Counted from the first letter of the stretch, positions 26,137 to 42,815 are shown. The stretch: 64,000 nucleotides of DNA from Octopus sinensis (GCF_006345805.1 NC_042998.1:6944001-7008000); one strand, 5' to 3'. The notes: generated from the sequence alone by a model not told the origin. Program-made: numbers and translations.

Positions 26137-28204
26137 TTAAAGTGAGTAAGCTGCTTGTATCTTGTGGAGATATCTGACATGCTAAGCTTATATTATTCAG
26201 TGATACAGAACTGGCTGAAGAAAAGGACAAAAGCCAAGATTATCTGGTCAAGGATGGCCATCTATTTCTAACCTAAACTTTCAACGAAATAGTCTTTTAT
26301 CTGGCGCTTGTTTCATTCATTAGACTGTGACAGTCCTGGGGCTCCACCTTAAAGGAGTTAGTTAAACTTATGCCAGTACTTGTTTTTAAGTTTGGTACTT
26401 ATTCTATTGATCATTTTTGCTGAACTGCTAAGTTCCAATAATGTAAGCAAACCAATACCAGTTGTTAAGCAGTGGGACAGTGACAAATGCAAACATAAAG
26501 ACACACAGACATAAATACATAAACAGCATCCAGTTCACTCTGTAAAGTGGTGGGCATTTGGAAGGGCATCCAGCTGTAAAAACGATGGCAAAACTAACCT
26601 CATCTGTATTTGTGCCGCGTAAAAAGTACTCTGTCCACTCTGCTGAGTAGATAGTGTGAGGAATGGCATCGTCCATCCATAAAAAAAACCTTGCCAAAAC
26701 AGATACGGAAGTCTGGTGCAGGCTCCTACTAGGCCAGCTCTTGTCAAACTGTCCAACCCATGCCAGCATGGAAGGCAGACGTTAAACAATAATGATGATG
26801 ATGATGGTGATGATGATGATAATGATGGTATATAATGTGAGTCTTAATTCAATTTCTGTCTTCCAAATTCACTCAAAACCTTTGGCTGGCCTGGGGTTTT
26901 AGTAAAAGGTACCCGTGGTGTCAAACAGAAGAACAGAACCCAAAACCATGTCGCTTGGATGCTAACTTTTTAACCACCAAATGAAATTGAAAATATTTAT
27001 GCATGAATATTTCAAATATAAAAAGACAGGGACAGAATGGGAAGAGGAAGTCACACTTTCCTTGCCATGCATTATTCACTAGACTCCACTTCCATTCTGA
27101 GTTCAAATCCCATTGAGGTTATTGACTTAGCATTTTATCCCTTCAGCATTGAAGTGTATAAAGCACTATGGACAATTTCAATATGTGCAATTCTCAAGAG
27201 TTTTCCTAGATTAAAGTTGAGCTACCAAGCTGATATTGCCCACAGATATATGTATATATATATTATATATATATATATATATATGTTTGTGTGTGTATAT
27301 ACATATATAAATATATTCATATATACACACATATATAAATATATATATATACATATATATATTTACATATAAACATATATACACATAAATGCATATATAT
27401 GCATTTATACATATATATACACACATATATACATAAATACATAGATATAAGTATATATATATATATACACATATGTATTTTTCTACATACATGTATACAT
27501 ATATATATATGTATGTATACTATTGACTAGAATAATATATATATATATTATATATATATATAATATATATATACATACACACACACACACATACATACAC
27601 GCACACACATATACTGACTCAAATACACACACGTATTTGTGTGTGTGTGTGTGTGTGTGTGTGCATACATACACACACAGACATGTGCCCATTTTAAAAG
27701 TAGAAAAATTGCTAAACAAAACTATTAACTTTTAATCACATTTCTGAGTGTAACCTTCCATTTCACCAACGAACACTTGCTACATGACTGACACCATTAA
27801 AATTATTTCCACTGAGAAAATAGTTTCCAATTATCATTTCACAATATATACTACATTTGATGTTTGATGTTTCCAGAAAAAGAAATTATCCGAGCTGTAT
27901 AAATTGCTTTAATATAATATATATATAATACAAAATATCATGTATATATGTGTGCGTGTTTATGTGTGTATGTGTTTTTGTCTATGTGTTGTGTATACGT
28001 ATATATGTATATATATGCATATGTATATATATATATATATATATATGTATATGGGTTTACAGATAAAAGTGTTTATACATAAACATAAATGTATATATAT
28101 ATGTAATAATTCCATTTGGTCGATAATTATGTTTATGTAGATATATATATGTATATATATTTGCGTGTGTGCCTATGTGCCCATATAAATATATTTACGC
28201 ACTT

Positions 28205-28244
<40 letters not shown>

Positions 28245-29312
28245 TATATGTATGTGTATGTTTATGTGTACATATACATTTACATACACACACACAGACA
28301 TATACATATGTACGTATGAGTATATTATGCGTGTGTATGTGGCAATGCTGTTCATTTTAAATTAATTCTAATTTTACAAATTTAATTTAAAACATGCAAA
28401 ATCTTTTCCTTCAAATTAGATATTTTCTGAGTTAAAAATCAATCAAACTGTAATGCTTATGTCTCTTTCTTTCTATCTTTCTTTTTTCTCATTTTATACT
28501 TTTAAATATTTTCTAGATGTTTCTCTTCTATTTTCCATATCTCGCAATTGGTAGCAAGAATTTGTGTTTTATCTTCAATATTTTGCTGATATTGCTACAG
28601 TTGTGGTACTTTAAAATACTCTGCACACTTTCCCATCAGCCCATCATCCTCATTAGCAGAATGTTCTTTATCGTTGTGATCACAGTGGCTCTCTGTTTCA
28701 TCGCCATCATAATTATAACGATAATCATCATCACAATCCTCATTGCTATCGTTACCATCATCCTCATCTTTTTATATCCTTTCCTTCTTTCCCTACATTT
28801 TTTGTATATTTGTTTATTCGTTTTCCCATTATATTAAATCTCCAAATAATTAACTCGTTTTTGATTTTCCCTTCCTGTTGCGCCACTCACCCCTCGTACT
28901 CATAATTGAAAATCATTGCTTCTTTTCATGTTTAAAGAAATTCCTGTTATGGGAATGTTAGAATCAGAGTCCAACAAAATGGATTTATGGTACAGCTGTT
29001 TAAAACCTCAGATCAGCCTTGATTGAGCAGACCAATAATAAAAGACACTCCAACTATGCCCATCTATCTTTTTTTAAAATATGTCCTAAAATATTTAGTC
29101 AAATACAATGTTTTATTTAAAGTTGGTACAGTGGTTGTCAAATATTTAGCTGTTATTTCCAGCAGTCCATGTGACCACATAGAGGCCTCGATTTTGGCTT
29201 TTGACTTATGTATGTTGTATTGTTTGTGTTGCAAGTGTTTTAGATTTATTTTGAAAATTCAGGTTGTTCCTTGATTTCCTATTGATTTTGATTGCATTAG
29301 GTTGATGTTGAG

Positions 29313-29800
29313 TAATAATAATAATAATAAAACATTGTGTACAGTGCTCAGGTGCACTACAACTCATCTAAAGTGTATGTATAGTACATAGGGTAATGTA
29401 CAAGCGTCAGGAAAAGAACAGTGCATGAGTCATGACATACACATATGTGCATGAGTATGGAAGGGGGACAATCAGGTGTAGTTTCAGCGGATTTCGGAAA
29501 GCATGAGGGCCTTAAAGGATTCAGTGTCATGGCAGTCAACAACTGACGCAGGCAGTTTGTTCCATGCTTCAGCAACTCTGAGCGTGAAAAAATGTTTCCG
29601 AAAGTCATGGGAGCTGTGCTGTTTTCTGACTTTGTAGGCATGTCCACGTGTGTTGGACACATGGAGATCAAAAAGGTGTTCAGTGTTGTTGTTGGTGAGG
29701 TGGTTGATAACTTTGTGGATGTTTACCAAGTCCATCGCCAGACGCCGGAGCTTCAGTGAATCCATGCCCAGGGAAACAAGGCGCTCAAGTATGGTAGGTG
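29313..29800 (-). mobile_element. CR1-clade LINE 3' fragment
   Basis: ERLVSLGMDSLKLRRLAMDL..SNTRGHAYKV..FFTLRVAEAWNKLP..SFK and a (TTA)n tail. Related to 16995. Confidence 0.9.
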
Positions 29801-29821
29801 AATTCAAACTATCCCTGAATT

Positions 29822-30253
29822 CAGTTCTATATTTACGAGATGAGGAATTATTTACATTCAACGGATATTTGTCCTCATCTTGTTTGTTGTTACCACAACG
29901 TTTCGTCTGATATACCCTCCAACCTTCTTCAGGTGTCTTGGGGAAATTTCGAACCTGGGTTCTCATTCCAAAGGTATTTTTCTATGTAATTATTATTGTT
30001 ATTGTTCAGGTCACTGCTTGGAATCAAACTCAGAATCTTGGGGTTAGTAGCCCGTGCTCTTAACCACTACGCCATATGTCCGTGGGCAATTATGGAGTAA
30101 ATTTTAGGGCTTACAAATCTAATATTTTTCTATCCAGTTCCCATATGCTACTCATATCTGCACTTGGTCTGCTTAGGAGGTTGTTGTGTCCTAGTATATG
30201 TGCTGCTTCTTTTAGTTTTTGTATTTTCCAGTGGTGTTCTCTGTCTATTATTT
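29822..30253 (-). mobile_element. 5'-truncated Penelope-like element: GIY-YIG C-terminus, tRNA-like segment, minimal hammerhead
   Basis: 12-bp TSD TATCCCTGAATT at 29810-29821 and 30254-30265. Peptide KIIDREHHWKIQKLKEAAHILGHNNLLSRPSADMSSIW fits the PLE endonuclease C-terminal pattern (ILDxE..R..KE..I....LN....L...W). Confidence 0.8.
29894..29935 (-). ncRNA. Minimal type-I hammerhead ribozyme motif (PLE type, palindromic ACGT in place of stem III)
   Basis: CAC-CTGAAGA-A-GGTTG(GAGGGTATAT)CAGAC-GAAA-CG-TT/GTG. Stem I CAC/GTG; one mismatch in stem II. Confidence 0.75.
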
Positions 30254-30654
30254 TATCCCTGAATTTCTCGCCTGAAATTTCTGGCCTTGTGACAAAATTT
30301 GAAGCCAATATTCTGTGAAGATATGCCTAGCCATGAGGAAATATTACCTTGCTTGGAAATTGGTGAGAATTGGCAAGAAGAGGATCTGTTTGTAGAGAAT
30401 CTGTCTCAATAAACTCCATGTGACCCATGCAACCATTGGAGAAGTGGTCATTAAAATGTTAAAACGATGATGAAGTCAGTTAAAAGGGAAAAGGACACAA
30501 TACTCACAAGCTTTGCAAAACTCTGACTGGTTTGAATGGCGCAGACAACGTTCCCAGTTTGAAAATCCGCCCTTCGTCACCAGCCATTCTCTTCATCACC
30601 AGCCATTCTCTTCATCATTAGCCATTCTCTTTGAGCAATTATCATTGTCCCTAC

Positions 30655-31052
30655 AACCACCACCACTACTACCGCCACCACCACCACCACCACCACTACC
30701 ACCACCACCACCACCACCACCACCACCACCACCACCACCACCACCACCACCACCACCACCACCACCACCACTACCACTACCACCACCACACCACTACCAC
30801 CACCACACCACCACCACTACCACCACTACCACCACCACCACCAACACCACCACTACCACCACCACCCACCACCACCACCACACCACACCACCACCAACAC
30901 ACCACCACCAACAACACCACCACCACAACCACCAACACCACCACCACCACCACCCACCACCACCACTACCACCACCACCACCACTACCACCACCACCACC
31001 AACACCACCACCACCAACACCACCACCACCACCACCATCATCATCACCACCA
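30655..31052. repeat. (CCA)n/(CAA)n microsatellite
   Basis: Direct reading. Source of the poly-Pro/His/Thr ORFs. Confidence 0.95.
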
Positions 31053-31524
31053 ATAACATCACAGCCGTACACCCACAACCATATCACTACTACCCTCATT
31101 ATTATCTCAATCAACACTAAAACACTAATTACTATTTCCATAATATTATAAATTATCATCATCATCATCATCATCATCATGGTCATTATTGTCAAAATCA
31201 GCAGCAGCAGCATTTAACTAGCTTTGTTGTCATTATTATGAAATTAAATCATAAGGTGAACGGTAACTGTGCTCTCAAATCAAATTAAAATTATTCTTCT
31301 TTTGTTTTTACGTTTCTGTTTTCATTAGAAGTATTTATTTATTCATTTATTTGTTTGCTTGATTGATATCAAGAATTTGTGAACAATAACATCATTGACT
31401 GTAGGTTTCTAATGATCGAGCAGCTGGTTGACTATTCTTCCTGTGCCAAGAATGCCTGGGTATCTTGCACAGAAAAAAATACCATGAGGTACTTGCCTTG
31501 TTTGATGAACTGATTTATCAGTGA

Positions 31525-31920
31525 CTAGCAGTATCGCCCGGCGTTGCTCGGGTTTTTAAGGGAAATAACTATATAAGCATTTTTAGAGATGTAAAGTATA
31601 ATAGCCATCTCAATATGGCTAACCACAAAGGGGGGGTGTTACTGTAGCTTTTTACGTTCTGAGATCTAATAATAAATTTTTAGAGAGTTACTTCCCTTAT
31701 ATATGCCAAAAATGCATTAAAAATGGGAAAAATTAATGGTAAATTTTTTTTTAAATCGTAGACTCATCGTAGATGCGCGCTAATACCCAGAAGGGCTCGA
31801 TATGAATCACGACTATAAGATACCCGGTTTTGGTTAAACTGCACCGCAAAATGTGGGAGTAGTTAGGAATCTAAATCGTAGGAGACAGACAGCACACAAC
31901 CTCACTTTTATATATAAAGA
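31525..31920 (-). mobile_element. Non-autonomous Helitron
   Basis: Minus strand A|TCTTTATATATAAAAG...CCCGAGCAACGCCGGGCGATACTGCTAG|T: 5' TC, subterminal hairpin, 3' CTAG, A|T target. Confidence 0.85.
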
Positions 31921-32151
31921 TTTCTTTTAACTAATGTACACATACATATACACACAAGACTGTTGGAAAGGTTTGCAAGACGCAACGAAAATTTTAGGAA
32001 AATAAAAATAAGAAATAAGTGGAAATTTTATCGGTGAGTGTGTTACATTATAAGGCACAAAAAGAAAATGACTCTCCCCAGACACAACTAAATAGAGGCA
32101 ATTATGCAGATAAACAAATTAAATATAACAGCTTAGGTTTGATATACAAAA

Positions 32152-32185
<34 letters not shown>

Positions 32186-32896
32186 CAAAACGTTTCCATG
32201 CTTGTTTTTACTCGTTGAGTTCTACATCTATTTGCGGTGTCCTGTACTCATGTATATATATTTATATATGCATGTATATATACATGTAGATGTAGGTACG
32301 TACATATATGTTTGTATGTATGCATATATTTTATTTATTACACTATTGTATGACTGAGCGCCCTCGCGTCGATTCGATTTGTTTCGTTTCTTCTTCTCCT
32401 CTAAGCTGGTTTATATATATATATATATACATATATACACATGCAAAGAGGATAAAAGCTAAGACTGAAAGCCTTGAGACAGTGAATATTTAGGTATAAA
32501 TATTTATATATTTATATTAATAGATCAAACTTACACAGAGTACAAATGACATAAAAAGTTAAAGAGAAAGAGGTAAGGTGTTATAAACTCAACAGCTGTT
32601 TCTGGAGGCTTGGAGATACATCATAATGTTGGTAGATGTTATCTGTTGCACTCTTTCAACAAAGTATCATATTTTCCTTATTTTTTTTTTCCTTAAAAAG
32701 AGTTTCCCATTTGAAATATTTCTTGAGCCTTAAGAGCTATCATTTTATTTTCTTTCATAATTGTTCCATTGCCATTTGATTGAAAGATAAGTTTACCTCT
32801 CAATATATTCAGTCATTCCTCTCTGTAAATATAAAATAAAGCATTTACCCAACATTACATTGATGAGAAGAATTTTTTCTTTTTCTCTCTCACAGA

Positions 32897-33305
32897 TAGG
32901 CGCAGAAGTGGCTGTGTGGTAAGTAGCTTGCTTACCAACCACATGGTTCCGGGTTCAGTCCCACTGCGTGGCACCTTGGGCAAATGTCTTCTACTATAGC
33001 CTCGGGCCGACCAAAGCCTTGTGAGTGGATTTGGTAGACGGAAACTGAAAGAAGCCTGTCGTATATATGTATATATATATATATATGTATGCGTATGTGT
33101 GTTTGTGTTTGTCCCCCTAGCATTGCTTGACAACCGATGCTGGTGTGTTTATGTCCCCGTCACTTAGCGGTTCGGCAAAAGAGACCGATAGAATAAGTAC
33201 TGGGCTTACATAAAATAATAAGTCCCGGGGTTGAGTTGCTCGAATAAAGGTGGTGCTCCAGCATGGCCGCAGTCAACTGACTGAAACAAGTAAAAGAGTA
33301 AAGAG
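32897..33305 (+). mobile_element. Family A SINE, full length
   Basis: tRNA-like head, GTGGCACCTTGGGCAA core, central microsatellite, tail hairpin CAGTC-AACT-GACTG, and (GTAAAAGA)n end. Confidence 0.9.
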
Positions 33306-33776
33306 ATGTTCCCCTTAACATTTAACTACACGACCACGAAGTAAGGAGTCAATGAAGGAAATGGAAACACATAGAATTATATGCTTTGCTCAGAGGCAGA
33401 ACAGGAGATCCATAATAAAATTTGGACATGCAATTATGTGGTCATTAGTTCAGCAACTTAACCTCCATAATGACTGAAGGTTTAGGACTAAGAATAAAGC
33501 TTGTGACTTTAATAACTTCGTAATATATGGAAGATTTCCTTTCTAAAATGAAAGTGATTGAAGCAGGAGAGCAGAGACTTGGTTGCCTTTGATATTATGT
33601 TATGAAATTTATATCGTTGGTTGATTAAGAAGACAATCACTATGTGCCCCATTTCTGGCAGTTACAACGGGATTACAGGGATAACGTAATTAAGAGAAGC
33701 TAATGAAACTATCGCTTTTACTTTTCGTAATATTCTGTGTATATATATATATATATAAAAATTTATATATATATAA

Positions 33777-34497
<721 letters not shown>

Positions 34498-34779
34498 GTG
34501 TATGTACATATATTTATATTTTTGTATGTATGTGCACTCCCTTAATGTAGTTCTCTAGGATATTCAGTGTGACACAGGATATGGCAAAGCTGACCCTCCT
34601 TTGAATTACTGGTACAACTCATTCTTGCCAGGCTGAGTGGAATGGAACAACAAAGCGTCTTGTTCAAAGGTACAATAACACTGCCAGGAATTGAAACTCA
34701 TGACTTTAATCATTATGAGCCAAATGCCTTGACCACTAAGCCACATGCCTTCACATTTGTGTGGTGGTGGTGGTGGTGG

Positions 34780-34918
34780 GGTGACATCAGGTGAGGGTTG
34801 GCAACAGGAAGGGCATCCAGACACAGTAAAATCTACCTCAACAAAATTTCCATCTGATTCATGCAAGCATGGTAAAGTGGACATTGAATGATGATGATGA
34901 TGATGATGATGATGACTG

Positions 34919-34954
<36 letters not shown>

Positions 34955-35006
34955 CTGGGATGATGATGAAGATGATGATGACGATGATGACGATGACGAC
35001 GATGAC

Positions 35007-35042
<36 letters not shown>
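34780..35042 (+). mobile_element. RTE-type tail with an expanded (GAT)n/(GAC)n tract
   Basis: GGAAGGGCATCCAG..CATGCAAGCATGG..GGACATTGAATGATGAT. Confidence 0.7.
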
Positions 35043-35714
35043 ATCTTACACAATCACCACACACTAGCACTAGCTGTATCTCTAGTACTGGTTTATTGGT
35101 TTATATTTTAAATAAAAAAAAAAACATATGCATCTTTTATTTCTTGCAACGAGCCACTTCAGCAGTTTTGAGATTTCTCTTGAAGACAAATAGATCTTAG
35201 TTGCTTCTTCGGTACATTTGGTGCACCAAACATTTTGATTTGTAGTCAGTCAATTAGAGACGCCACAATAGATTTTCCATATAAATTACATAATACTCAA
35301 TGTCCTTCTCTTTTGTTGCTGTACTTAAACATGATCATTTTACCCTTATTCTTAAGCTTCTTCGTGAGCTCTTCCACTAACTTGTTTGTATTGCAGTCTT
35401 GACTTTGTTTGACCTCAAGACATTTTGACACAAGTCAAAATTTCAAAGCGACGCAGTTCTTTGACGGTTGAAAATGTGAATCAGTTTGCTGTTGTATAAC
35501 GATTCCTGAACTTCTATAAATACCACATGACCTAAAAATCAATAACCAAGTTGAAACGCTAAGGAGAAAATCATGATGAATATTCTTCTGAGCAACGGAT
35601 TCCTCTGTGAAATTATTGTCGATCCTGATTCCATTTCCAGCAACCTTGTACATGCCTGATCACACTCACACACATACAAACACATGCATACACACACACA
35701 CACACATATATATA

Positions 35715-36022
35715 TCACCGTGATCACCGTGACCGACCAGGCTATCAGATGTTGCTACACATCGCTGGTCACAATGCCCTTCGCATTGTTTTAGCCTTCA
35801 AATGACGCCACCCCGCTGGCTAAGCGAGCAGGCCAACAGAAGAAAGAGTGAGAGAAAGCTGTGGAGAAAGAGTACAGCAGGGATCGCCACCATCCCCTGC
35901 CGGAGCCTCGTGAAGCTTTAGGTGTTTTCGCTCAATAAACACTCACAATGCCTGGTCTGGGAATCGAAACCGTGATCCTCCGACCAAGAGTCCGCTGCCT
36001 AACCACTGGGCCATTGTGCCAC
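35715..36022 (-). mobile_element. Family B SINE, tail type 1
   Basis: Reverse complement matches 7148-7460. Confidence 0.9.
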
Positions 36023-36127
<105 letters not shown>

Positions 36128-36365
36128 CGTATATACCCATCAGCCATTTGTTAGAATTCTCCCTTGTTCTTTATTCTGCAAGTCAAAACCATAGAAGCAA
36201 TGTGTTTACATTCTTACGATTTCCTCTCACAGCTAACACTTACTAATGGCTGTGGGTTAAGAAGTTTGCTTCACAACTCCATGGTTCTGAGTTCATTCTC
36301 ATTGTGCAGAACCTTGGGCAAGTGTCTTCTACTGGCAGATGGAAATTGAAAAAGGAACCTGCTAC

Positions 36366-38492
<2,127 letters not shown>

Positions 38493-38499
38493 TTCTATT

Positions 38500-38770
38500 A
38501 CTTGATTCAGTCATTTTACTGCAGCCATGCGAGAGTACCGCCTTTAGTCAAACAAATCGACTCCAAGGATTTATTCTTTGTAAGCCTAGTACTTATTCTA
38601 TCGGTGATTTTTGCTGAACCGCTAAGTTACAAGGACATAAATACACCAACATCATCTGTCAAGCGATGATGTGGGATCAAACACTGATACACAAATATAT
38701 ACATACATACATGTATATATAGATAGATATATATATAAAGCCCATCATACATACATACATACATACATAC

Positions 38771-38810
<40 letters not shown>

Positions 38811-38971
38811 GTACGATGGGCTTCTTTCAGTTTCCATCAACCAAATCCACTCACAAGGCTTTGGTCGGCCTGAGGCTATAGCAGAAGACATTTGCCCAAG
38901 ATGCCATACAGTGGGACTGAACCATGAACCATGTGGTTGGGAAGGGAGCTTCTTACCACACAGCCACACCT
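38500..38971 (-). mobile_element. Family A SINE
   Basis: Reverse complement of family A. Confidence 0.8.
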
Positions 38972-39203
38972 ATTTCTTTACTACCCACAAGGGGCTAAAC
39001 ACAGAGGGGACAACCAAGGACAGACATAGGTATTAAGTCGATTACATGGACCTCAGTGCATAACTGGTACTTAATTTATCGACCCCGAAAGGATGAAAGG
39101 CAAAGTTGACCTCAGCGGAATTTGAACTCAGAACGTAACGGCAGACAAAATACCGCTAAGCATTTCGCCCGGCGTGCTAACGTTTCTGCCAGCTCGCCAC
39201 CTT
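38972..39203 (-). mobile_element. Family D SINE, full length, abutting a family A head
   Basis: Reverse complement matches 407-641. Confidence 0.88.
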
Positions 39204-39895
39204 ATACACTCATGACACGTACATGAGCAGAGAGGTAGAGAGAGAGAGACAGACAGAGAATGGAAGAAAGAATGAGAGTGATAATGAATGTAAGAGAAGA
39301 TGAAGAATTACTGATTGCAACATTAAGGGTTCCAATCTTGCTACAGGCATTGATTTCTAAACCCTGAGAAATATACATTAAACTGCTTATTTCAATTGGC
39401 ATTTTATTACTGGAACTTACTCTCATTTCACGGTTGAATGACTTATGTTACACAAAGAATCCAACCGTGAAAATTACTCGCTCTGCTGATTCTCCGACAT
39501 TCTCTGTATATTTGCTAAAACAATGTCAACTGAGTGACAGTAAACTAGTTCTGTTAGATACAGTTCTAATTGCAGGTCTCACCTACAAATACAGCTTTTG
39601 TATGAGTTTCTATGTCAGGCATGGTCAGCCTCTTCAAAAAGTGGGCTGCATGAGACATGACTCATCATCAGGAGGGTTGTACTACTGAAAAAATTCAAGA
39701 TAATTTTTGTTATATGTGCAGTTTAATAAGTCCCATGGGCTGTAGTTTGCCCATGATTTTTCTATGTTGGTGATTGATGTATTAAAAATAGCAGTTTAAT
39801 CTCACAAAAATTATGCTAAAACTGGAAGGACACATTTAATAACATGTCCTTCTTAGATATGCTTTGCAGTAACAGCTTGTCATTGTTATTGTATG

Positions 39896-40100
39896 CGAGG
39901 GGGTGTTGAAAAGTTCCTGGGTATAAGGGTATCGTGAAAGGCCTGGTTGGAAGCGCAACCTTCTGAGTTCTTTTACAGGGCTTAGAAAAAACTGAAGGAC
40001 TGCTACAATAAGTGTTAAGCTAAGAGGGGAATATGTTGAATAAAATCATAATTCGAAGATCCTCCTGTACTTTCTCTTACCCAAAACCAGGAACATTTCA
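39896..40100 (+). mobile_element. Mariner-derived MITE; right TIR cut by an RTE-type insertion
   Basis: CGAGGGGGTGTTGAAAAGTTCCTGG ... CCAGGAACATTTCA. Internal remnant reads LRGEYVE-stop, like the end of a mariner transposase. Confidence 0.7.
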
Positions 40101-40372
40101 TCATCATCATCATCATCATTGTTTAACGTCCGTTTTCCGCGCTAGCACGGGTTGGATGGTTCGACCGGGGTCTGGGAAGCCAGGGCCTGCACCAGGCTCC
40201 GGTCTGATCTGGCAGAGTTTCTACAGCTGGATGCCCTTCCTAACGCCAACCACTCCGCGAGTGTAGTGGGTGCTTTTTACGTGCCACCTGCACAGGTACC
40301 AGGGGGGTCCGGCATCGGCCACGATCGGTTGGAGCTTTTAACGTGCCACCGGCATGGAAGCCAGCCGGTGGC
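40099..40372 (-). mobile_element. RTE-type retroposon 3' end (CpG-rich, young)
   Basis: Same tail as 1100 and 15102. Confidence 0.85.
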
Positions 40373-40731
40373 ATGTTAACCCTTCATAATCCAGGGTTAC
40401 CTTTGATTAAGCTGAGCTGTGATTAAAAAGCACAATTTAGAATACTGACCAAGTAAATTACTAAATTTGAGTATGAAAAATAAAAAGAAAAAAAAGAATA
40501 ACAGAAATTGCACTTATTTTCTCATTTAAAGAAATTCTGGTGTATTAGTGATTGTAAAATAATAGGCATTATTAGTGATTTACTTAAGTGATTAAGAGTC
40601 GAATTAACACACATCACTTCTGAATCGACTGTGTTTAGGGTATATTAGCATATTTATGTTATTTCTTGTCAAAATATGCAAACTAATTTACAACACATAC
40701 ATACATACATACTTATATACATCATCATCAT

Positions 40732-40789
<58 letters not shown>

Positions 40790-41931
40790 ATGTGTATATA
40801 TATATATATACATGAATCAACTCAGAAAATAACAGAAAAACATGTAAAGCAAGCAAAGGCATAATTCTGATAACGAATGTCACATTGTTTGAATGAATAA
40901 TAATCTGCAATTATTCTAATTACAATCCTAATAACGGAAATAATAAAATTCTTTATTGAGTTAATCTATGAAAATCGCTTCCTCTCATACAAAACAATTT
41001 TTAACTCACCCACCTCGTCATATTTTGTTCTCTTTTATTCGAGTCCAGTGATTAACGATTATATTTTGCCTATTTCTCAGAGATTGCAATAGTGGAAAAA
41101 AAAAACCAAAAAAAAAAACAAGCAAAACGAATCAAATCTAAAATGAAGTTCTATTATTAGTAGTATTAGTATTAGTAGTATTAGTATTATTAGTAGTATT
41201 ACTAATATTAATATATTAATGTTTTTTCATATATGTTTCATTTTTCCTTGTTATTTTTTCTTTTAATGTACAGAAATTTTTTAGGAGTAAAATTTATAGA
41301 AAAGAAATAATTGTGAAGAATATGACAAAAAAAAACATATTTTAAAAAATTGGTCAGGAATTATCTTTTTTCTATTTATAGAGATAGTAATTCTTCGTTT
41401 CTTTTGTTCTGTTTCTGTTTATGTAGTTGGTGGTTGTGGTAGCAGGAATGACAGAGGTAGATAGAAAGGATACGGGCATTTAACTTGGGAAACGGTGGAT
41501 ATTAGGCTAAAGTATTATGCTAGGATTACAATTGACATAAAATTGAAGTAATTGGCAGATTTCAAAGACATATAAAAAGGTTCATAATAGGATAATTATT
41601 AGAATTTACAAATAAATAATACGCGAACAAATACGTAACAAAACAGAAAAAAAAAAGAAAGACAGCAGAGAATTATTATTTTTGCTGCCATTGTTGTTGT
41701 TGTTGTTGTTGATCAATCTGGAACACAAATAAAAAAAACAAACAATTGCAGATAATTTACTGCAGTCAGTAAAAATATGCTTTGAATACAAATTATGTCA
41801 AGGAGAGTTTTGATATCCATGTGGTTAGGCCTATAGAATATGTAATAGTAACATGTAGGGTTTCAAGAATAAATCCCTACACCCACTAAAAGACATAAAA
41901 ATTTTGGGCTGAAGAACATCAAAATTGAACA

Positions 41932-42127
41932 TTATTTACATTGTTTACATTATTTACATTATTTACATTTGATGGATATTTGTCCTCATCTTGTTTGTTG
42001 TTAACACAACATTTCGGCTGATATACCCTCCAGCCTTCATCAAGGCATATGGCATAGTGGTTAAGAGTGCAGGCTACTAACCCCAAGATTCCAAGTTCAA
42101 TTCCATGCAGTGACCTGAATAATAACG

Positions 42128-42160
<33 letters not shown>
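41932..42160. mobile_element. Second copy of the 29822 family with a 5' inversion: hammerhead part on -, tRNA-like part on +
   Basis: Minus strand TTGATGA-A-GGCTG(GAGGGTATAT)CAGCC-GAAA-TG-TT/GTG (42005-42043). Plus strand GGCATATGGCATAGTGGTTAAGAG..CTACTAACCCCAAGATT..AGTTCAATTCC. Confidence 0.8.
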
Positions 42161-42163
<3 letters not shown>

Positions 42164-42779
42164 TACACTGTCCAATGAAAGAAACAAGTAGAAGAGTAAA
42201 CAGTGTCCATAGTTAATCAAAACAAGTTCAGTTGATACAGGGAAATAAACAAACCAACACCACTTGTCAAGTGGTGGTGTTGGTGGGGGACAACAAAATG
42301 CAGTCTCTCTCTCTCACACACACACACACACATACATATATATATGATGGGCTTCCACACAGTTTCCACCAACCAAGTTCACTCACAAGGCACTGATTGA
42401 CCAGAGCTATAGAAGATACTTGTCCAAGGTGCTGTACTGTGGTACTGAACCCCAAAACCACCCGGTTGCAAAGTGAGCTTCTTGACCACACAGTCAGGCC
42501 TATGAAATTGTCTTGACTGTCGAGAAATACCTTTCAAACACCTGGGGTTAATGGGAAAATTCATTTAAATAAAAAGGTGGGGGGTCTTTAGTAAGGAAAA
42601 TATTGGGAACCTCTGACTTAAGTATTCAGTTTTCTACTTCCATATCTTAGTTGTGCCTAAGCAGAGCTGGCTGCATTTATCAACAGATCCATTAATATCA
42701 GTGATGACAACAACAAGAACAACAAAAGTAATAATAATAAATTATGTCAATGCATTGTTCCTTTCTTTTCCCATATACT

Positions 42780-42815
<36 letters not shown>

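Noticed and set aside
28517-28837. Hydrophobic 106-aa ORF after a TTTTCTAG acceptor-like site
   Set aside because: Low-complexity T/ATC-rich sequence, no convincing donor, no recognisable domain.
29484-29966. 160-aa ORF as a host gene
   Set aside because: Chance fusion of the Penelope-like non-coding tail with a CR1 ORF2 C-terminus.
30513-31213. Poly-Pro/His/Thr/Gly ORFs resembling formin or extensin
   Set aside because: Pure (CCA)n microsatellite, open in several frames on both strands.
32575-32660. GAAACAGCTGTT half of a hammerhead on the minus strand
   Set aside because: No upstream CTGANGA or stem II found, so it is not called as a ribozyme.
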